Notes: generated by a model not told the origin, from the sequence alone. 64,000 nucleotides of DNA from Octopus sinensis (GCF_006345805.1 NC_043014.1:26722001-26786000), one strand, 5' to 3'; shown: positions 22,401 through 35,079, counted from the first letter of the stretch. Numbers and translations are program-made.

Positions 22401-23012
22401 TGCGAAACGTGGACTGCTTACCGAAGGCACGAGCGCCAGATAAACCACTTCCATCTCAGGTGTCTTCGGAATCTCCTTCACATCCGCTGGCAGGACAAAG
22501 TCCCAGACACGGAAGTTCTGAAGCAGGCAGATCTCCCTAGCACCATCACAATCATGCGCAAGGCCCAGCTGAGATGGGCGGGCCACGTCTCCCGCATGTC
22601 CGACACTCGCATCCCAAAACAGCTCTTCTACGGTGAACTCGGCCAGGGCAGGCGCAAAGTCGGAGGGCAGAAAAAGCGCTACAAGGATAGTCTCAAGGTC
22701 TCTCTCAAAGACTTCTCCATCGGAACAGAGACCTGGGAGACACTTGCTGCCAACCGCTCATCCTGGCGCAGCGCAATCACCGTGGGAGCAGGGACAGCCG
22801 AGGAGGGACGGATTCGGTCAGCGGAGCAGAAACGTCAGATGCGTAAAGTCAGAGCCGCCTGCACCAGTAGCACTGCCCCTACCCACTTCTGCCCCACCTG
22901 TGGGAGGGGCTTCCTTGCCCGGATTGGCCTCACCAGCCACCTCCGGTCTCATGGCGGCAGTTCCATCAGATGATGTCAGTTGGTCATCTTCGAACCGAAG
23001 GACGAACATTAT
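19431..23012 (+). mobile_element. Full-length RTE-clade (BovB-like) LINE, apparently intact
   Basis: TSD TATGGTTT at 19423-19430 and 23013-23020; ~200-nt 5' UTR; single long ORF; short 3' UTR with cttcg-aac-cgaag stem and (att)n tail. Much more GC-rich than its flanks. Confidence 0.95.
19644..22973 (+). CDS. RTE LINE ORF: APE endonuclease + reverse transcriptase + C-terminal C2H2 finger
   Basis: 1109 aa, uninterrupted. APE motifs TWNVRTL, ALSETRL, AYAPT, GDFNARVG, IDYV, TDH; RT motifs GKAPGSD, QCGFR, DLTKAFD, GVRQGCVLAP, FADD; CPTC...HLRSH. Confidence 0.95.
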   Translation: MRTGLEKVALNIACLTSPWSANRGWRGSFPSGRNKERRKQTKVLTFATWNVRTLLDNTKADRPERRTALVARELSQYSVDIAALSETRLADKGQLTETGGGYTFFWSGRSSEERREAGVGFAIKSVHVRKLESPPEGINDRLMKMQLPLGNKTSATIISAYAPTMTNPEEVKDRFYEELDSLITSAQPGKLILLGDFNARVGTDHQAWHRVLGKQGIGKCNSNGQLLLRACASHDLTIANTLFRLPTRNKTSWMHPRSKHWHLIDYVIVRAKDRRDVRLVKAMCGADCWTDHRLIISRMDFYIRPKRRPQGQKVTRKLNITKLRNQLTAQDLQSRMDSKLLDIRSDQSSINEQWESFRDTVHSIALETLGQITRNHQDWFDENDQEIQKLLEEKRRLLRAHQNDTTCTAKKAAFNNIRSTVQAKLRLMQDAWLSAKADEIQGYADKHDTKKFYEALKAVYGPQFSFGSTPLLSSDGTSLLTNKRLILERWAEHFNIVLNRPAQINEEAIARLPQVPTNHELAVPPAVGEVSRAIKKMSTGKAPGSDAIPAEVFKSGGPTMISQLTSLFQSMWDREQLPQDFRDATIVHIYKRKGDRQSCDNHRGISLLSIAGKILARVLLDRLLEHLEQGLLPESQCGFRAGRGTTDMIFAARQLQEKCMEQHLDLCITFVDLTKAFDTVSREGLWKVMGKFGCPSKFIAIVRQFHDGMTARILEDGDSSEAFQVTNGVRQGCVLAPTLFSIMFSAMMSDAFRDCKSGINIKYRTDGKLFNSRRLQAVTKVRETVVRDFLFADDCALNAIDEQEMQLEMDRFSSACDNFGLTISAKKTEVMFQPAPGKQYHEPQIRVNGRILRVVENFTYLGSTLSCNANIDAETINRISKASSAFGRLRKKVWERRGISLNTKLKVYRAVVLTTLLYGCETWTAYRRHERQINHFHLRCLRNLLHIRWQDKVPDTEVLKQADLPSTITIMRKAQLRWAGHVSRMSDTRIPKQLFYGELGQGRRKVGGQKKRYKDSLKVSLKDFSIGTETWETLAANRSSWRSAITVGAGTAEEGRIRSAEQKRQMRKVRAACTSSTAPTHFCPTCGRGFLARIGLTSHLRSHGGSSIR

Positions 23013-23029
23013 TATGGTTTTCTAGTTTA

Positions 23030-24790
23030 GTTATAGGATGTGAAGGTGGGGAAAAAGGAAGAAAAGAGAAAAGAAAGGCATTTCCTGCGGTCATCTCGAG
23101 TCAATCGAAGGCCTTTTCCGTAATCAACAATAACGCTACGCAGAGGAAGCTTGTTGTATGTGCTGTGTAAGAGTGAATATGTGATCTATCGTGATATAGT
23201 TCTTACAGAGACCTGCTTGCTCTCTCGGTTATTGGTCGTCGAGGTGTTTTGACAATCTGGTGGCTGATCTTTGTAAACAGCTTCTAGAAGTGAGTCAAGA
23301 GGTGTATGGGGTTGATAGTTTTCTCCTTTGATGGTATTTGAATCTGTCCACAGTGAGAGCATTTTACCCTCCTTCAGATAGCGATTGAAGCGTAGAATTA
23401 GGTTTTTCCACAACTTTTCACCTTCACACCTAAACGCCCTTTCCCAGGAGCTTTGCCGTTTTCATCCAGTTTGTGGGAATTTTCCATTTTACTGATCAGA
23501 ATATAATGCACTTGTACCAGCATTTGTGGCGGTTGGGTATCGAGCTTCACTGATGATTTTAAAAGGCTGGTGTAGAAGGTTTTGATCTGAGTGTCAGCCC
23601 TCTCCTGCGACTTTTAAACATTTCTTTTCCTCTTCAGTGAACATCAATTTCTTCAGTTTATAATTCTCGAAGTCATTTCTTAAGTGTTGTCTGATTGCTT
23701 TGCAGAGAACGGAATATTCGAGGTGATTTTTCATGTTCCTCATCATAGATTTCCGTTTCTCTAGTATATTCTTCATCTCTTTCGAGATTCTTCCAAAAAG
23801 CTGGCTTGCAGTTTTTGCTTTCCATATGTAGCTTTAAATTTTCTGGACCAGCAATTATAGTCCTGATTGATCTCCAAATTTCCTTTTTGATAGCTTCCTG
23901 CAACTGTATCTTATCAAAGGCCTTGACGCGTTGACTCTTCATTGAGATGTGCAGAGCCTTTTTCTCTCAGATTTCACGGATTACAATCTTCGCTGTCCGT
24001 GTTGAATAGCGTTAGTACTGAGACGTCCTGCAATATACATTTTTTCCTACCAGGTTGTATAGTCATTGTCATTTTTATCTTGAGCATTTGGGGCTAACTA
24101 TGTCTATCTCATTCCAGATTGCTTCCGATGAGTGATGAAGGCAATTGGCAAGAAATGATTTTCAAAACCCATTCTTTGCTTACGATGAATCCTATACCAT
24201 CTGTTGCCTCACACCTTCCGCTTTTCCCAGTCTCATGGCATTTCTATTTGTCCATCCCATAATTATTTCTTTCCTTTGATGTGTTTCACAGAGCCCTAGC
24301 ACATTGCATTTGATTTTCTTTCACTCTTCCATTAGATGAGTCAGTCCGGTTCTCCCTGCCAAAGACCAGCAATTGTACGTATATATGGCGAGGAATGGTA
24401 TGCGATTCCTTGGCAGCTACGCGAACCTGAGATTCTTATTAGTCTCTGGTCGCTTGGATTTCGCTCTGCTGCTATGGAGCAGTCCGAATGACCAGCAGGT
24501 TACTGTGACCTATTTCATTGAATCGCTTTTGTTTTGAGGATGAAGCCACCCTGCTGGTTAGGCTATCAGTTCATTTATTAGTTCTTCAGTTTAGCTAATT
24601 TCTGACCTCTAGTAAATAGGCTACGTACTCGCTTCTGCGAGACAGTCTTTTCATAAGGTTAGTTGTCCGATACCATTGTAGCTTTGTTGGACCTGCCAGG
24701 GAAACGCCCCACTACCATAGCTACCGAACAGTCATTACCACTGTTGCACTACTATGAAGTTCTAAAGCAGGATTTCACAACAGAAATTAA
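23030..24790 (-). mobile_element. Decayed RTE-clade LINE of a different family
   Basis: Minus-strand FNRYLKEGK..W..SNTI, EYSVLCKAIRQHLRND and EN-region remnants; many stops. Confidence 0.7.
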
Positions 24791-25009
24791 TGAATAAAAA
24801 ATAACATGACAGTTAAAACAGCAGTACCGGGAAGAGTATGCATTCCAACAAAAAAAAAAAAGGAAAGAGAAAAACAAAAGCACAATGCACCACAGCAACA
24901 CGGAAGTGTAGCAGGTAATTCAACAGAAATTTGCCTGAAACTATCAAATGTCGAATGATTTAAATAGTAATAATAAACTGTGTGTGTGTGTGCGTGTGTG
25001 TACGTGTGT

Positions 25010-25390
25010 GTGTGGCCGACTGGTAAAAAGTTTGCGTCCTAACCACTTGGTTCCGAATTCAGTCTCACTGCGTGTCACCTTGAGCAAGTGTCTTCTACTA
25101 TAGCCTCAAGCCGACCAAACTCTTGTGAGTGGATTTGGTAGACGGAAACTGAAAGAAACCCGTCGTGTATAAATATGTCTGTGTGTATTTGCTCCCCCCC
25201 ACCACCACCACCGCTTGGCAACTGGTGTTGGTGTGTTTATGTCTCCATAACTTAGCACTTCGGCAAAATCGACCGATTGGTACTTAACCAGGTTTTAAAA
25301 AATAAGTGCTGGGGTTCATTCGTTCGATCAAAATTCTTTATTATAGTGCCCCAGCATGGCCGCAGTCTAAATGACTGAAACAACTAAAAG
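25010..25390 (+). mobile_element. SINE family A copy
   Basis: ccttgagcaagtgtcttctactatagcc...ccagcatggccgcagtc...gactgaaac. Confidence 0.85.
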
Positions 25391-25929
25391 ATATAGATAA
25401 CAGATATGCATTTACGTGTTCTGTGTGTGTTGTGTGGTGTGTACGTACATGTGGTCAGCTTTTACCTAAACTTTTTCCTTTTATGTATGTTTGTTTTACT
25501 TTTATACTTTCACTCCTTTCCATGAAATCAAATAAAGACAAAGAAAAACATTTTGTCTTTAAAGAACAACGTTTAGTTTTCATTTTTATTGTTTTACTTC
25601 TATTTCTCTCCCCCACTGCGATAATATAGCCTTGTAAGGAAGGTAAGTACTTAACAAGACATTTGTAAATCTTTATAAGTCACACTACTTGTGCTTCTAA
25701 AATTAAGCAGACGATAGATAGTCCCACTAAAAGAACAGCCAACAGCAAAAGCTCTCTCCTATCGCTCTTCAGTCACTCAACATATTTTAAGGTAAGACTT
25801 CGTTTTAAATATACAATTCTGCATACACACATACGCACATAAACATATCACTATTTTTGTCTGTGTGTGTGAGTGTGCATACAACCATACATGTATGCTT
25901 ACATACTTACATACATATATGCATACATA

Positions 25930-26110
25930 TTTTTCATTTACACCAATAATAATTGGAGTACTTGGTTTTATAAGTAAATGCCTAACTGCCAGTCTGGATA
26001 AGCTTGGATTCTTAGAAAAAGAAATCAACCAACTGATTCGCACATTACAAATACAATCTGTAAACGGAACAGTAAAACAATGCAAGACTTTTCTCAGGTT
26101 TAAAATGTGA
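25930..26110 (+). mobile_element. 3' fragment of an RLE-type (R4/Dong-like) non-LTR retrotransposon
   Basis: PIIIGVLGFISKCL...LGF...IRTLQIQSVNGTVKQCKTFL C-terminus; same family as 52385-52735. Confidence 0.65.
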
Positions 26111-26260
26111 CATTGTTTTCGTTATTTATATTCCAACGATGGCGCTTTGCATCTTTGTTAGAAACCAGTTTCTTCCTCAAAGGAAGAATTTACATAACTA
26201 AAAGCATAAAAAAACATACATACATACATACATACATACATACATACATACATACATCTT

Positions 26261-29030
26261 TAACAGAATACCCGGCGTTGCCATGGCTGAAAGTTACCTA
26301 GAAAAGTTCGGAATTTTCCTTAATGAGGGTAAATTCGATGTATAGGACACTATTTTCTTTCCCTTGGAAAGTTATTTTTCATGTAAAAATATAAAATGTT
26401 TTCCAATACCTTTATAGCTGTCCGATGTCTAATACACTGTGTTTCCTGTAAGCGCTCAATATTAATAGTATATTTGTAATTTAAGTATAAAAGATAATGT
26501 ATGTACTGTTCAAGCCCATTAAATAAGGACCCAAGTTTAAGTGAATGGGAAAACAGATTTATTTCATTTGAAACTACTATTCAATTGTTAAAATGATTAG
26601 GAAAATCCGTAGAAACTTTTGTATCGGGAGATGATGCGTCTTTGGAAATAAAATCCTTCTCATAACATGAAAATCTGGAAAGCTCAGAGATTTCGGAAAT
26701 GCAATACATGCTGTGATAAAGAAATTGAATTGAATTGAGTTACGATGAATCCCAGTTTATACGATACTTGGTGTTTATTCGTCGTAGTTTTTGGTCATTC
26801 TGAACATTATTATGTCAGCGCTTTTGAACACTCAACGGTTTTGGTTTTACTAAGACAGACATAAACAGATTGTTAGGACTCCCAGCATTTGATCTCCCTA
26901 CATAAAATATGTCGTTAGTAAAGCAGTTTCCTGGATATTCAGTCCAGATACTGTCCGATGTTTAGCTTGGGATTTATTGCCTGACGTATCGAAAGAATAT
27001 ATTTAATGCTATGAGAGTAATTCCGGGTATAATTTCGCCTCACTTCTTGGGTACTGTGTCACGGTTGACTTGTGGCATAAGCTTATTAATCATTTGTTTT
27101 GTGTCATTTCATAATCACAGCTGATCTAAATTATGAAGCAACATTATTAGGAATCCTTTTTTAATTAAAGTTTGTATGATGGTAGACCCGAAGGTTCGAA
27201 GGAATTTTAAAATCCTGCAGATCAGTTCCATATTTCTTGCCAATTCCATATCAGTGTTTACTGTTTTCCTAGAAGCACCTGCAATAGCTGCCAAGTGATG
27301 CTGTTGATCCAAATACTCTTTTTTTTTTGGCGCTATCTTTTGTGGGTTACTTAATGATGCTGCGGGCTGAGTAAAACTTTTATTATCTATTCGTCTAATG
27401 TCTTAACTTAGCGCTCATTGAAGTTGAGGCATAAAAAATTTTGTGGAAAATGCCCACACAGCTGATCTCCGAAAATATTGACACTCGTGCTTGTAGACAC
27501 TTTTAACTTTGATTCAAAGCGATGATATTTAAGCAGCCACAGAAACATAGGCTTTTGTTCCTTTGGGAATCGCTGACAGTGTCTGTCAATATCACTGCTG
27601 CTCCTCAGCATGCAAGCATATTGAGATCCACTCAAATCTTGAAATTTTTTGTCCAGGGCCTCCAGAATTCTCTTGTAGGCCATTATACATTCATCCCAGA
27701 CAATTACCTAGCATCTCTTAAAAACTTGTTCGATTCCCAAATTCTTGGCAATGTTAAAAACAGATGCATTATTCGTGCCTTGATCCAGAAAAAAAAAAAT
27801 GTTTTGTATGTTGGTTGCTCTGGAAGGAGTGTAGCGGCAGTAACTGAAGAAACAACTGCATAACCATGCCTTTGTGTTGACCGCATGAAATAGTCAAGAA
27901 TATCTCTCCAGTTCCACCATAAATATAAAGGGAGAAAGATGTGTACACTATTCTCTTTATTCCAATGGAACTATCAATACTTTGACGACAAGCTGGCCTT
28001 CAAGAAAGGCACATTGCTTTCCTCGTATGTATAGTACGCCAGAACCTGATAGTGCAGTAATGTTTTTGCAAGGGAATCATACTGGCACAGTTTGAAAAAG
28101 CTGCTGTAAATGCTGTGCTCTTTATACTTTGTGCTTGCTGTCTAGGTAACGCTGAAGTGAAGTACACTCATTGGCCATTTTCAAAGTGGACAGCAAGTTG
28201 AATGTTTCGTTATCTTCATGAATGGGTAAGACGAAAAAGTGCCAAAAAGACTCCTTGCTGGAAAAGTATAACTTTATTGCTGCTGTTTTGCTTTGACAGT
28301 GTAAGCATTGAACAGCACGTCTCATGACATGCTTGCAACCACATTTAATGAACTCTAATGAAATGCGAACTCGCAATTATTGTTTGAATAAAATGTCTTG
28401 GTTAAAAGTGTACAGTAGAGAATTATCCACGTGTTGAAAATTTCAAGCTTGTTTGGAAGTCTCCATCTTCTGTTGCCCGTCTTCTGTAAGAAGGATGGCT
28501 GTCATCACCTGTTTTGGATTTCCATGACAAAATGGAACGCAGCTCCGATAATGGACAGAGTCAACATCTATTAACAAGGTTGCAAAAGCAACGAAAATTT
28601 TTTAGAAGACACAAAAACAAAATAATTAAATGGGTGGGAATTGAACCGGTGAGTGTGTTAGACATGACAGGTAATTTTTTTTTTTATGGAAGTCGAATCG
28701 CTAATGAAACCTCTATAGGGACCATTTGCCATTTGAATTTTAACAATACTGAAGTACCCTTTCTTTCTGCAAGGGTCTGAAAGATCTGCAGCTATAGAAT
28801 TAATTTGGTTGGGTTGAGTTTTATTTGTTAACCAGTTGAAAGTGACTGTAATTTGGCAAATCCCCTTTTGCCGCGGATTAGTGATGAAACCATAATTTAT
28901 AGCAAATGTTCTATAAATTTTGCATTTGGCTGTCTCTGTAATTTGAACACGGAGCCACAAAGTTTGACTTCCCACTTCAACTAAAATCAGTTCATTGATG
29001 CGTATAGTAACATAATCAAGAGCAACTTAA
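26261..29030 (-). mobile_element. Decayed autonomous Helitron (Rep + PIF1-like helicase)
   Basis: Minus strand: KTQPNQINSIAADLSDP...IVKIQMANGP (Rep), SSKESFWHFFVLPIHE, AVVSSVTAATLLP, MAYKRILEALDKKFQDL, GNCFTNDIFYVGRSNAGSPNNLF (helicase end); degenerate 3' hairpin ccatggcaacgccggg near 26270-26285. Confidence 0.85.
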
Positions 29031-29349
29031 CATTAATCACGTCTTCTGATAAACAAATACCCTACTAAACAGTATGAGAGAAAGAGGATGATAGAGTAAG
29101 AGAGACTCGGAATGGCAAAGCGCCCCTCTCAATCCCTCAAATACCGAACTGTGGCTCTGTTGCCACCAGAGCCTGTCGAATGGCTTTCACTTCCTCATAT
29201 CTTAGAACACGTGCTCTAGCTCATTGAAGAATCGGTAAAGAACTAATTTCGCCGCCAGCAGGTTACTCTCAATGCTTTTTCTAAGTGCCTCTTCTAGGCT
29301 ATTACCAAGCTCACCCTCTACTCTAGAATTCTCTATTACTATTTCCTTG

Positions 29350-30472
29350 CTAAACCTAATCGATTCTAATAGTCATTTTTTAAAAAGTTAATTACCATCG
29401 GTTGTTGACGATTGCCCCATCAACTTCCTCTTAACTAGTTCCCTAATCGGGCTTCTGCAAACATGGTGCATAGGGAAAGATGCGTTCAGTTTCCAGTAAC
29501 CAAATTCTGTCTATGCAGCCTATCTAGATCGGCTGTTCAAATCACAAATATGTGGTACAACTGATCAATTTGAATTGTAAACACCATATGCTATCCCTAT
29601 CTACTAGTTTACAGAATGCTCTACCTAGATGCTAATAACTCTATCTAGATGTTGTTTGCCCATGTCCATTTTAGCTCATTCGGAAAATACAGTGGGCACC
29701 AGCCAGTCAGTTGGAAATAACTGAGCAGGTTTACAAGGCTTTTACACCCCCATCTCCTAACAGCAATCTTCTCACAATCTAGACGAGTATCTAAGATGAC
29801 TTTTTAATCACTCAAGAACACTGAAAAGCAAGACGTTCCAAACGCCTGAAGAAATCCGATGCCCTTGCCCCAGTTGGTATCTTGTCTGAAGTACCTTCGT
29901 CACTCATCACGTCCAAGACCACCATCTTACAAGCCAAGTCCAGGAAGATCGGCCGTATCTCGAAGCCTCGGCCTTTCCGAAACACTACCGCCTCCCTGCT
30001 CTCCATTTTGATTCAAGTAAGACATGCGAAGATCTTAAATTCTCCAAAAATGAATGCTGAGGCGCGTGTATCGGAAATCTGATTCTCGCTGATGGCTATC
30101 ATTCTCATAACTAGCAACCTGAAGTTTTGGGCGGGCAACCCTGCCTCCGGGATAACCGGAAGCCACCCCCTTTTATGCATCCCAACTCTCAGAGCCAGAA
30201 TGTTCGTTGAAAGATAAAGAAAAAAGGAAACAGGTTACTTGCCCATTTAGTGGTCCCGAAGACCGGTTGACTCGGTCTCTATCCAAGTCTGAGTTTCCCT
30301 TGGGAAGTTCTTTAGGAACTTACTGCTGGCCCTTACACGCGGCCTATTGAGAACAATTCCCCAATAGTCCGAGTGAAAGTATTTTATGTCCCCATGTGTA
30401 TTCTTCTTATTATTGTTGTTGTTGTTGTTGTTGTTGTCATCATCATCATCATTATTATTATCATTATTATTA

Positions 30473-30507
<35 letters not shown>

Positions 30508-30565
30508 GAGTGAGCGAGCAGAGCATGCCATCAAAGTTACTTAATTATTATTATCATTATTATTA

Positions 30566-30617
<52 letters not shown>

Positions 30618-31800
30618 GTTGCACGTTGAAAATGCTTGACATGAAGAACCCTTCCTCTGTTTCAATGTTTTCGCTTTTTCTCTTTCCCGCGAAGGACACC
30701 AGTTTACATTTGTGCTCCTTATCCACACAAAGTTTGGGGTGGGCGTGTTTTGCGGGTGTGGGTTTTGTTGTAGTGGATGTTGTGCTGGTCTTTCTGTAGC
30801 TACTTTTGTTAGTATTGATGTTGGCGTTGGTATTACTGCTGCCGATGTTACTACTCTACGCTGTTGCTGCTGTAGGGACTGCAGAATCAGCAGCTGTAGG
30901 CAGTAGGGGGCTTCTCTTTTCCACTTTTTGTTGAGGGCAGAAAGTTTTAAAATGGCCATCTGTACTGCATATAAGGCATCTTCGCTTTCTGCTGTCAACC
31001 GTAACCAGCAGATCCATTACATTGGATAGGTGGATAAGGTCTGAGATCTTTTCTACTTCCTCTGGTTTGATCTGGAGGAATCTTTCCAAGTAGTCCATGA
31101 CCAAAACTCCTACGTTCGTTTCATTTCGAGGTTTGTATAACTTCCTTCCAGTGACGCAAGCTAACAACCACCAGATGTCCAACCCATGTAGGACCCTATT
31201 TTGATGCAACAGGTCGTCCTGTAAAATAAGTTGAGCAGAGGTTTAGTTCTCTGTCGTACATGGGGGTTACGAAGTGAACCTCCAGCCCAAACTACCTTGC
31301 TTTGGTGACATGTTCTACATCTGCTCATATTTCTTTCGTTCCACTTGACTATATATTGCTGCTTCTAGGCGTCGGATTTTAGCTGATACACAGTGATATA
31401 CTACCGTTTTCCGTGCCAATAACGACAAAACCACAGTCGAGATAGCAATCTGTGCACTCACCCCATTCACCTTCATAAGCTCTATCCCCTGTGTCAGGTG
31501 GGTTTCCTTGTAGCTTAGAGAGAATGTGGGGCACTTAGCTGATTTCGTTACCATCCCAGCTAGCGATTACTTGCCCGTGGAGTCGGCCCACCACTTATTT
31601 TCTGGTGGTCGTCGTTATTTTTGTTGCTACTGTTATAGGGTGGTTTCTGTCACTATAGTTGTTGTAACTGTCATTACGGCTGTTGTTACTGCTACTGTTG
31701 TTGCTGCTCTCGTTGCTCCTATTGTTGCTGTTGTTATTGGTGTTATGACAGTGGGTGGGGATTATTGCTACTATAATCCATTGCCACAACAATTGTGCAA
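29350..31800 (-). mobile_element. Decayed L1/Tx1-like LINE (ORF1 with CCHC knuckle; EN fragment)
   Basis: CLICSTDGHFKTFC zinc knuckle at ~30940-30980; AVVFRKG...IRPIFLD..CKMVVLDV..PTGA..DFFRRLE Tx1-type APE segment; interrupted by (ATT)n tracts. Confidence 0.7.
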
Positions 31801-32136
31801 TTATTAAACTTTCAACGCTTGAAAATCATCCTTCTCCACTTCTACGTTCTGTACATCCTACTTCTCCCTTCAATTTGCTGACTGTGAAAGACGACGTCGC
31901 GTTTATACAAAAAAATATACGATTTTCAAAGCAAAAGATTTTTCTAACAAATTCGAGCACTAAATGGATAAAAATAAAAAAAAATAACCAGCCATATGAG
32001 TCCTGATTGACTTATTTACAAAATGGTACAGCAAAAGCACAAAACAAGGTTCTTGAGGAAAACAAAAATTCAACAATAATTTCCGAGCCTCGAAAAGACG
32101 TCCTCCCCTTGCAGACAAATAATGACGATGATGATG

Positions 32137-32183
<47 letters not shown>

Positions 32184-33297
32184 CCTTTCTACTATAAGCA
32201 CAAGGCCTGGAATTTGTGGGGAGGGATATAGTTGATCACATTGACCCCGGTACTTGACTGGTACTTAATTTATCGATCCCGAAAGGATGAAAGGCAAAGT
32301 CGACCCCTTGTGTGTGTGTGTGTGTGTGTGTGTGTTTGTGTTTGTTTGTGTGTGTGTGTGTGCACTTACAAATATCTTTTAGCATAGCTTTAAGATCAGC
32401 AGAGCAGAATTAGCACTTTCAGACTTCTAGTGGCAAAGAACCCACACCGTGCTATTTCTTTCAGTCTTTTCTGATGATTGGCGGAGTACCTCAACTCCTG
32501 GTATGAAACTGGTTGGTAAAAGGCCTACGAGTGTAAAATTATCTCCAGTTTACGGCGTTGTGTAATACAGTCCAGGAGACTGGTGATAATTTATCTCCCC
32601 GTTAACTAGTTTAATTATATCTTTTATATTTCGTGTCAAAGTATAGATGCCGCATTGTTTAATGAACAAATGCAAACATGTTCGAATACAGAGAACGTGT
32701 TTATCTACAATCTCCTACACACTATAATATATTGTGGATTCTAATGTATTCGTATAAACAGCGCATATTTTATGTCTGGAATTTATACTTATACTCTTGC
32801 ATAAGTCTTGCACACACATATACACTCATATGCGCATATACCGATGGCATCTACTAACATGTACGTACAGACACATACTCACACATATACACAGATATCC
32901 ATATACACGGATCAACGTGGTTATGAAGGGAGCGCCTTAACCACACGGAACCAAATCTCTATCGTACACCCAGCTAACGAGAAAACTTCCGCACAGCAAC
33001 TATATGAAAGAGTGCCTCCAAATACAAAATAAGATTTATAAGTATGTGGCAGAGAAACTTTAAATGTATTTTTGTACGTATGACATTTTTTATGTGTATG
33101 ACACATATTTTTGTAGAACATTGAGCAGGATGGAATGAGGGTTATTTACTTGTTTATTTAATTTTGATTTTTATCTATTTTCCTTTTACCAGGCTGGAAA
33201 ACGAAAGAGGCTGAAGAGAGAAAAGAACAGAAACAAAGGGAAAACAGAGGAAAAACGACAAAGGAAGAAAAATAATACATACACATACACTCACTCG

Positions 33298-33299
<2 letters not shown>

Positions 33300-33331
<32 letters not shown>

Positions 33332-33437
33332 AGAGAGAGAGGGTGGGAGAGACAGAGAGAAAGGGAAAGACAAAAAAGAAAGGGAAATACACACATACAT
33401 ACACACACATTTTTACATATAGGTAGATAGATAGATG

Positions 33438-33508
<71 letters not shown>

Positions 33509-33640
33509 TGGATTAACTAGATAGATAGATAAATAAATACACACATACATACATACATACATACATACATACATACACATACATACATACATACATACAT
33601 ACATACACATATTGATGTGTGTGTGTGTGTATGTAAACTA
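33300..33640. repeat. (CA)n, (GA)n, (GATA)n and (CATA)n microsatellite cluster upstream of the SLC7 start codon
   Basis: Seen directly. Confidence 0.95.
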
Positions 33641-33729
33641 AATAACGCGAAGAAAACGTTTAAAAAGCACTAGAAAAAGAGGAAGGAATAAAAAAAAGAA
33701 ACAAAACAAAACGAAACAAGAATCAGAAA

Positions 33730-34357
33730 ATGAAAAATCGAAAGTTAGTTCTCAGTCCTAATGGACTAAATGGAATCTACCAAAAACAAGTTTACCAAAA
33801 CGAAGCATTCGTTCCTGATAACGGCTATGGTTCCCTGCCAGACGGTTTCCCCGCTCAACCAGATTTGCAACCGGAAATTAGTATTATAAGGGATTCGAGC
33901 GACAAGGGGATTCCATTGCAGCAACGGAAACTTCCTCATCGGGAGACAATAGGATTGAAGAAAAGCATCAGTTTAGTTACTAGTTTTAGCTTGTTAGTCG
34001 CTATGGTAGGTCACGTCTCAATTTTCATTACTCCGACGTCCATCTTTAAGAATTCCGGTTCAGTTGGTGTATCATTAATAATTTGGTTAATTGGTGGGTT
34101 AGGGAACCTCTTACAAGCATTGATTACCCTTGAACTTGCAGCTATGTTTCCAGCTTGCGGCGGAGTATATCTTTATGTTCAAGAAATTTTAGGTCCTTTA
34201 CCTGCATTTATCATTCTTTGGGGTTATAACCTGTTAATAGTGGGTCCGTTTTGGGCATTTCTTTCTTATACAGCATCACTTTATATTCTCAAGATTCATT
34301 TCCTGACATGCGACCCACCGGATTTTCCCGTGAGGCTTTTGGCAGGTTGGATTCTAT
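33730..34357 (+). CDS. SLC7/LAT-family amino-acid transporter, coding exon 1
   Basis: GLKKSISLVTSFSLLV..IFITP..IFKNSGSVGVSLIIWLIGG...ELAAMFP.CGG.Y.Y..E.LGPLPAF..W...L...C.PP..PVRLLA; donor attctat|GTAAGA, phase 1. Confidence 0.9.
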
Positions 34358-34939
34358 GTAAGAAAACGTTGCTTCTGATTTATTTCATTTATGTTTGTTT
34401 GCTAATGCTTCTAATTATTTAATGAATACAATTCCTAACAGGAACAAATTAAAGCGAAAAACAATGCATAAAGAAGTATAAATAGCAGTTCCAAATCTTT
34501 TACCTCTGATAACTGTCATATGACTGTCATATCACTGCTATGAACTTACCTTCTGCTTCTGCCTGGAATCTACCTGTTTACATCGCAACAATTAAGAAAT
34601 TCCCTTACTGGAATCTTTACTGTGGCAATTTATACGCCTTTACGCATTTGTTTTTCTCTATATGTTGTATAAATATCTAATAATCTGGTTTGATATCTGT
34701 TGTGTGCCTGACTACCCTTTGTTCCATTAGCCATATAACAACTTCACTGATATATTACAATTAGTCAATCTTTATTTAGGCTGCTACCACATCTTTACAT
34801 TTATAAGCTGGAGTTTAGGCACAAATTTTATCTGAGCACTAATTGTGTGTACCTGTTATCTGACGTCATATGACATCGTATTACTACAAGTTGCGCGTAA
34901 GTAAGTAAAGTAAAATAAAAACACCAGAGAACTTCACCC

Positions 34940-34957
34940 ATGCAGAAACTGCAAAAG

Positions 34958-35027
<70 letters not shown>

Positions 35028-35031
35028 ATAC

Positions 35032-35079
<48 letters not shown>

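Noticed and set aside
19598-23025. Alternative-frame and antisense ORFs within the RTE
   Set aside because: Expected shadows of a GC-rich coding sequence.
34861-34868. Single TGACGTCA in SLC7 intron 1
   Set aside because: An isolated 8-mer without supporting context; expected by chance in 64 kb.
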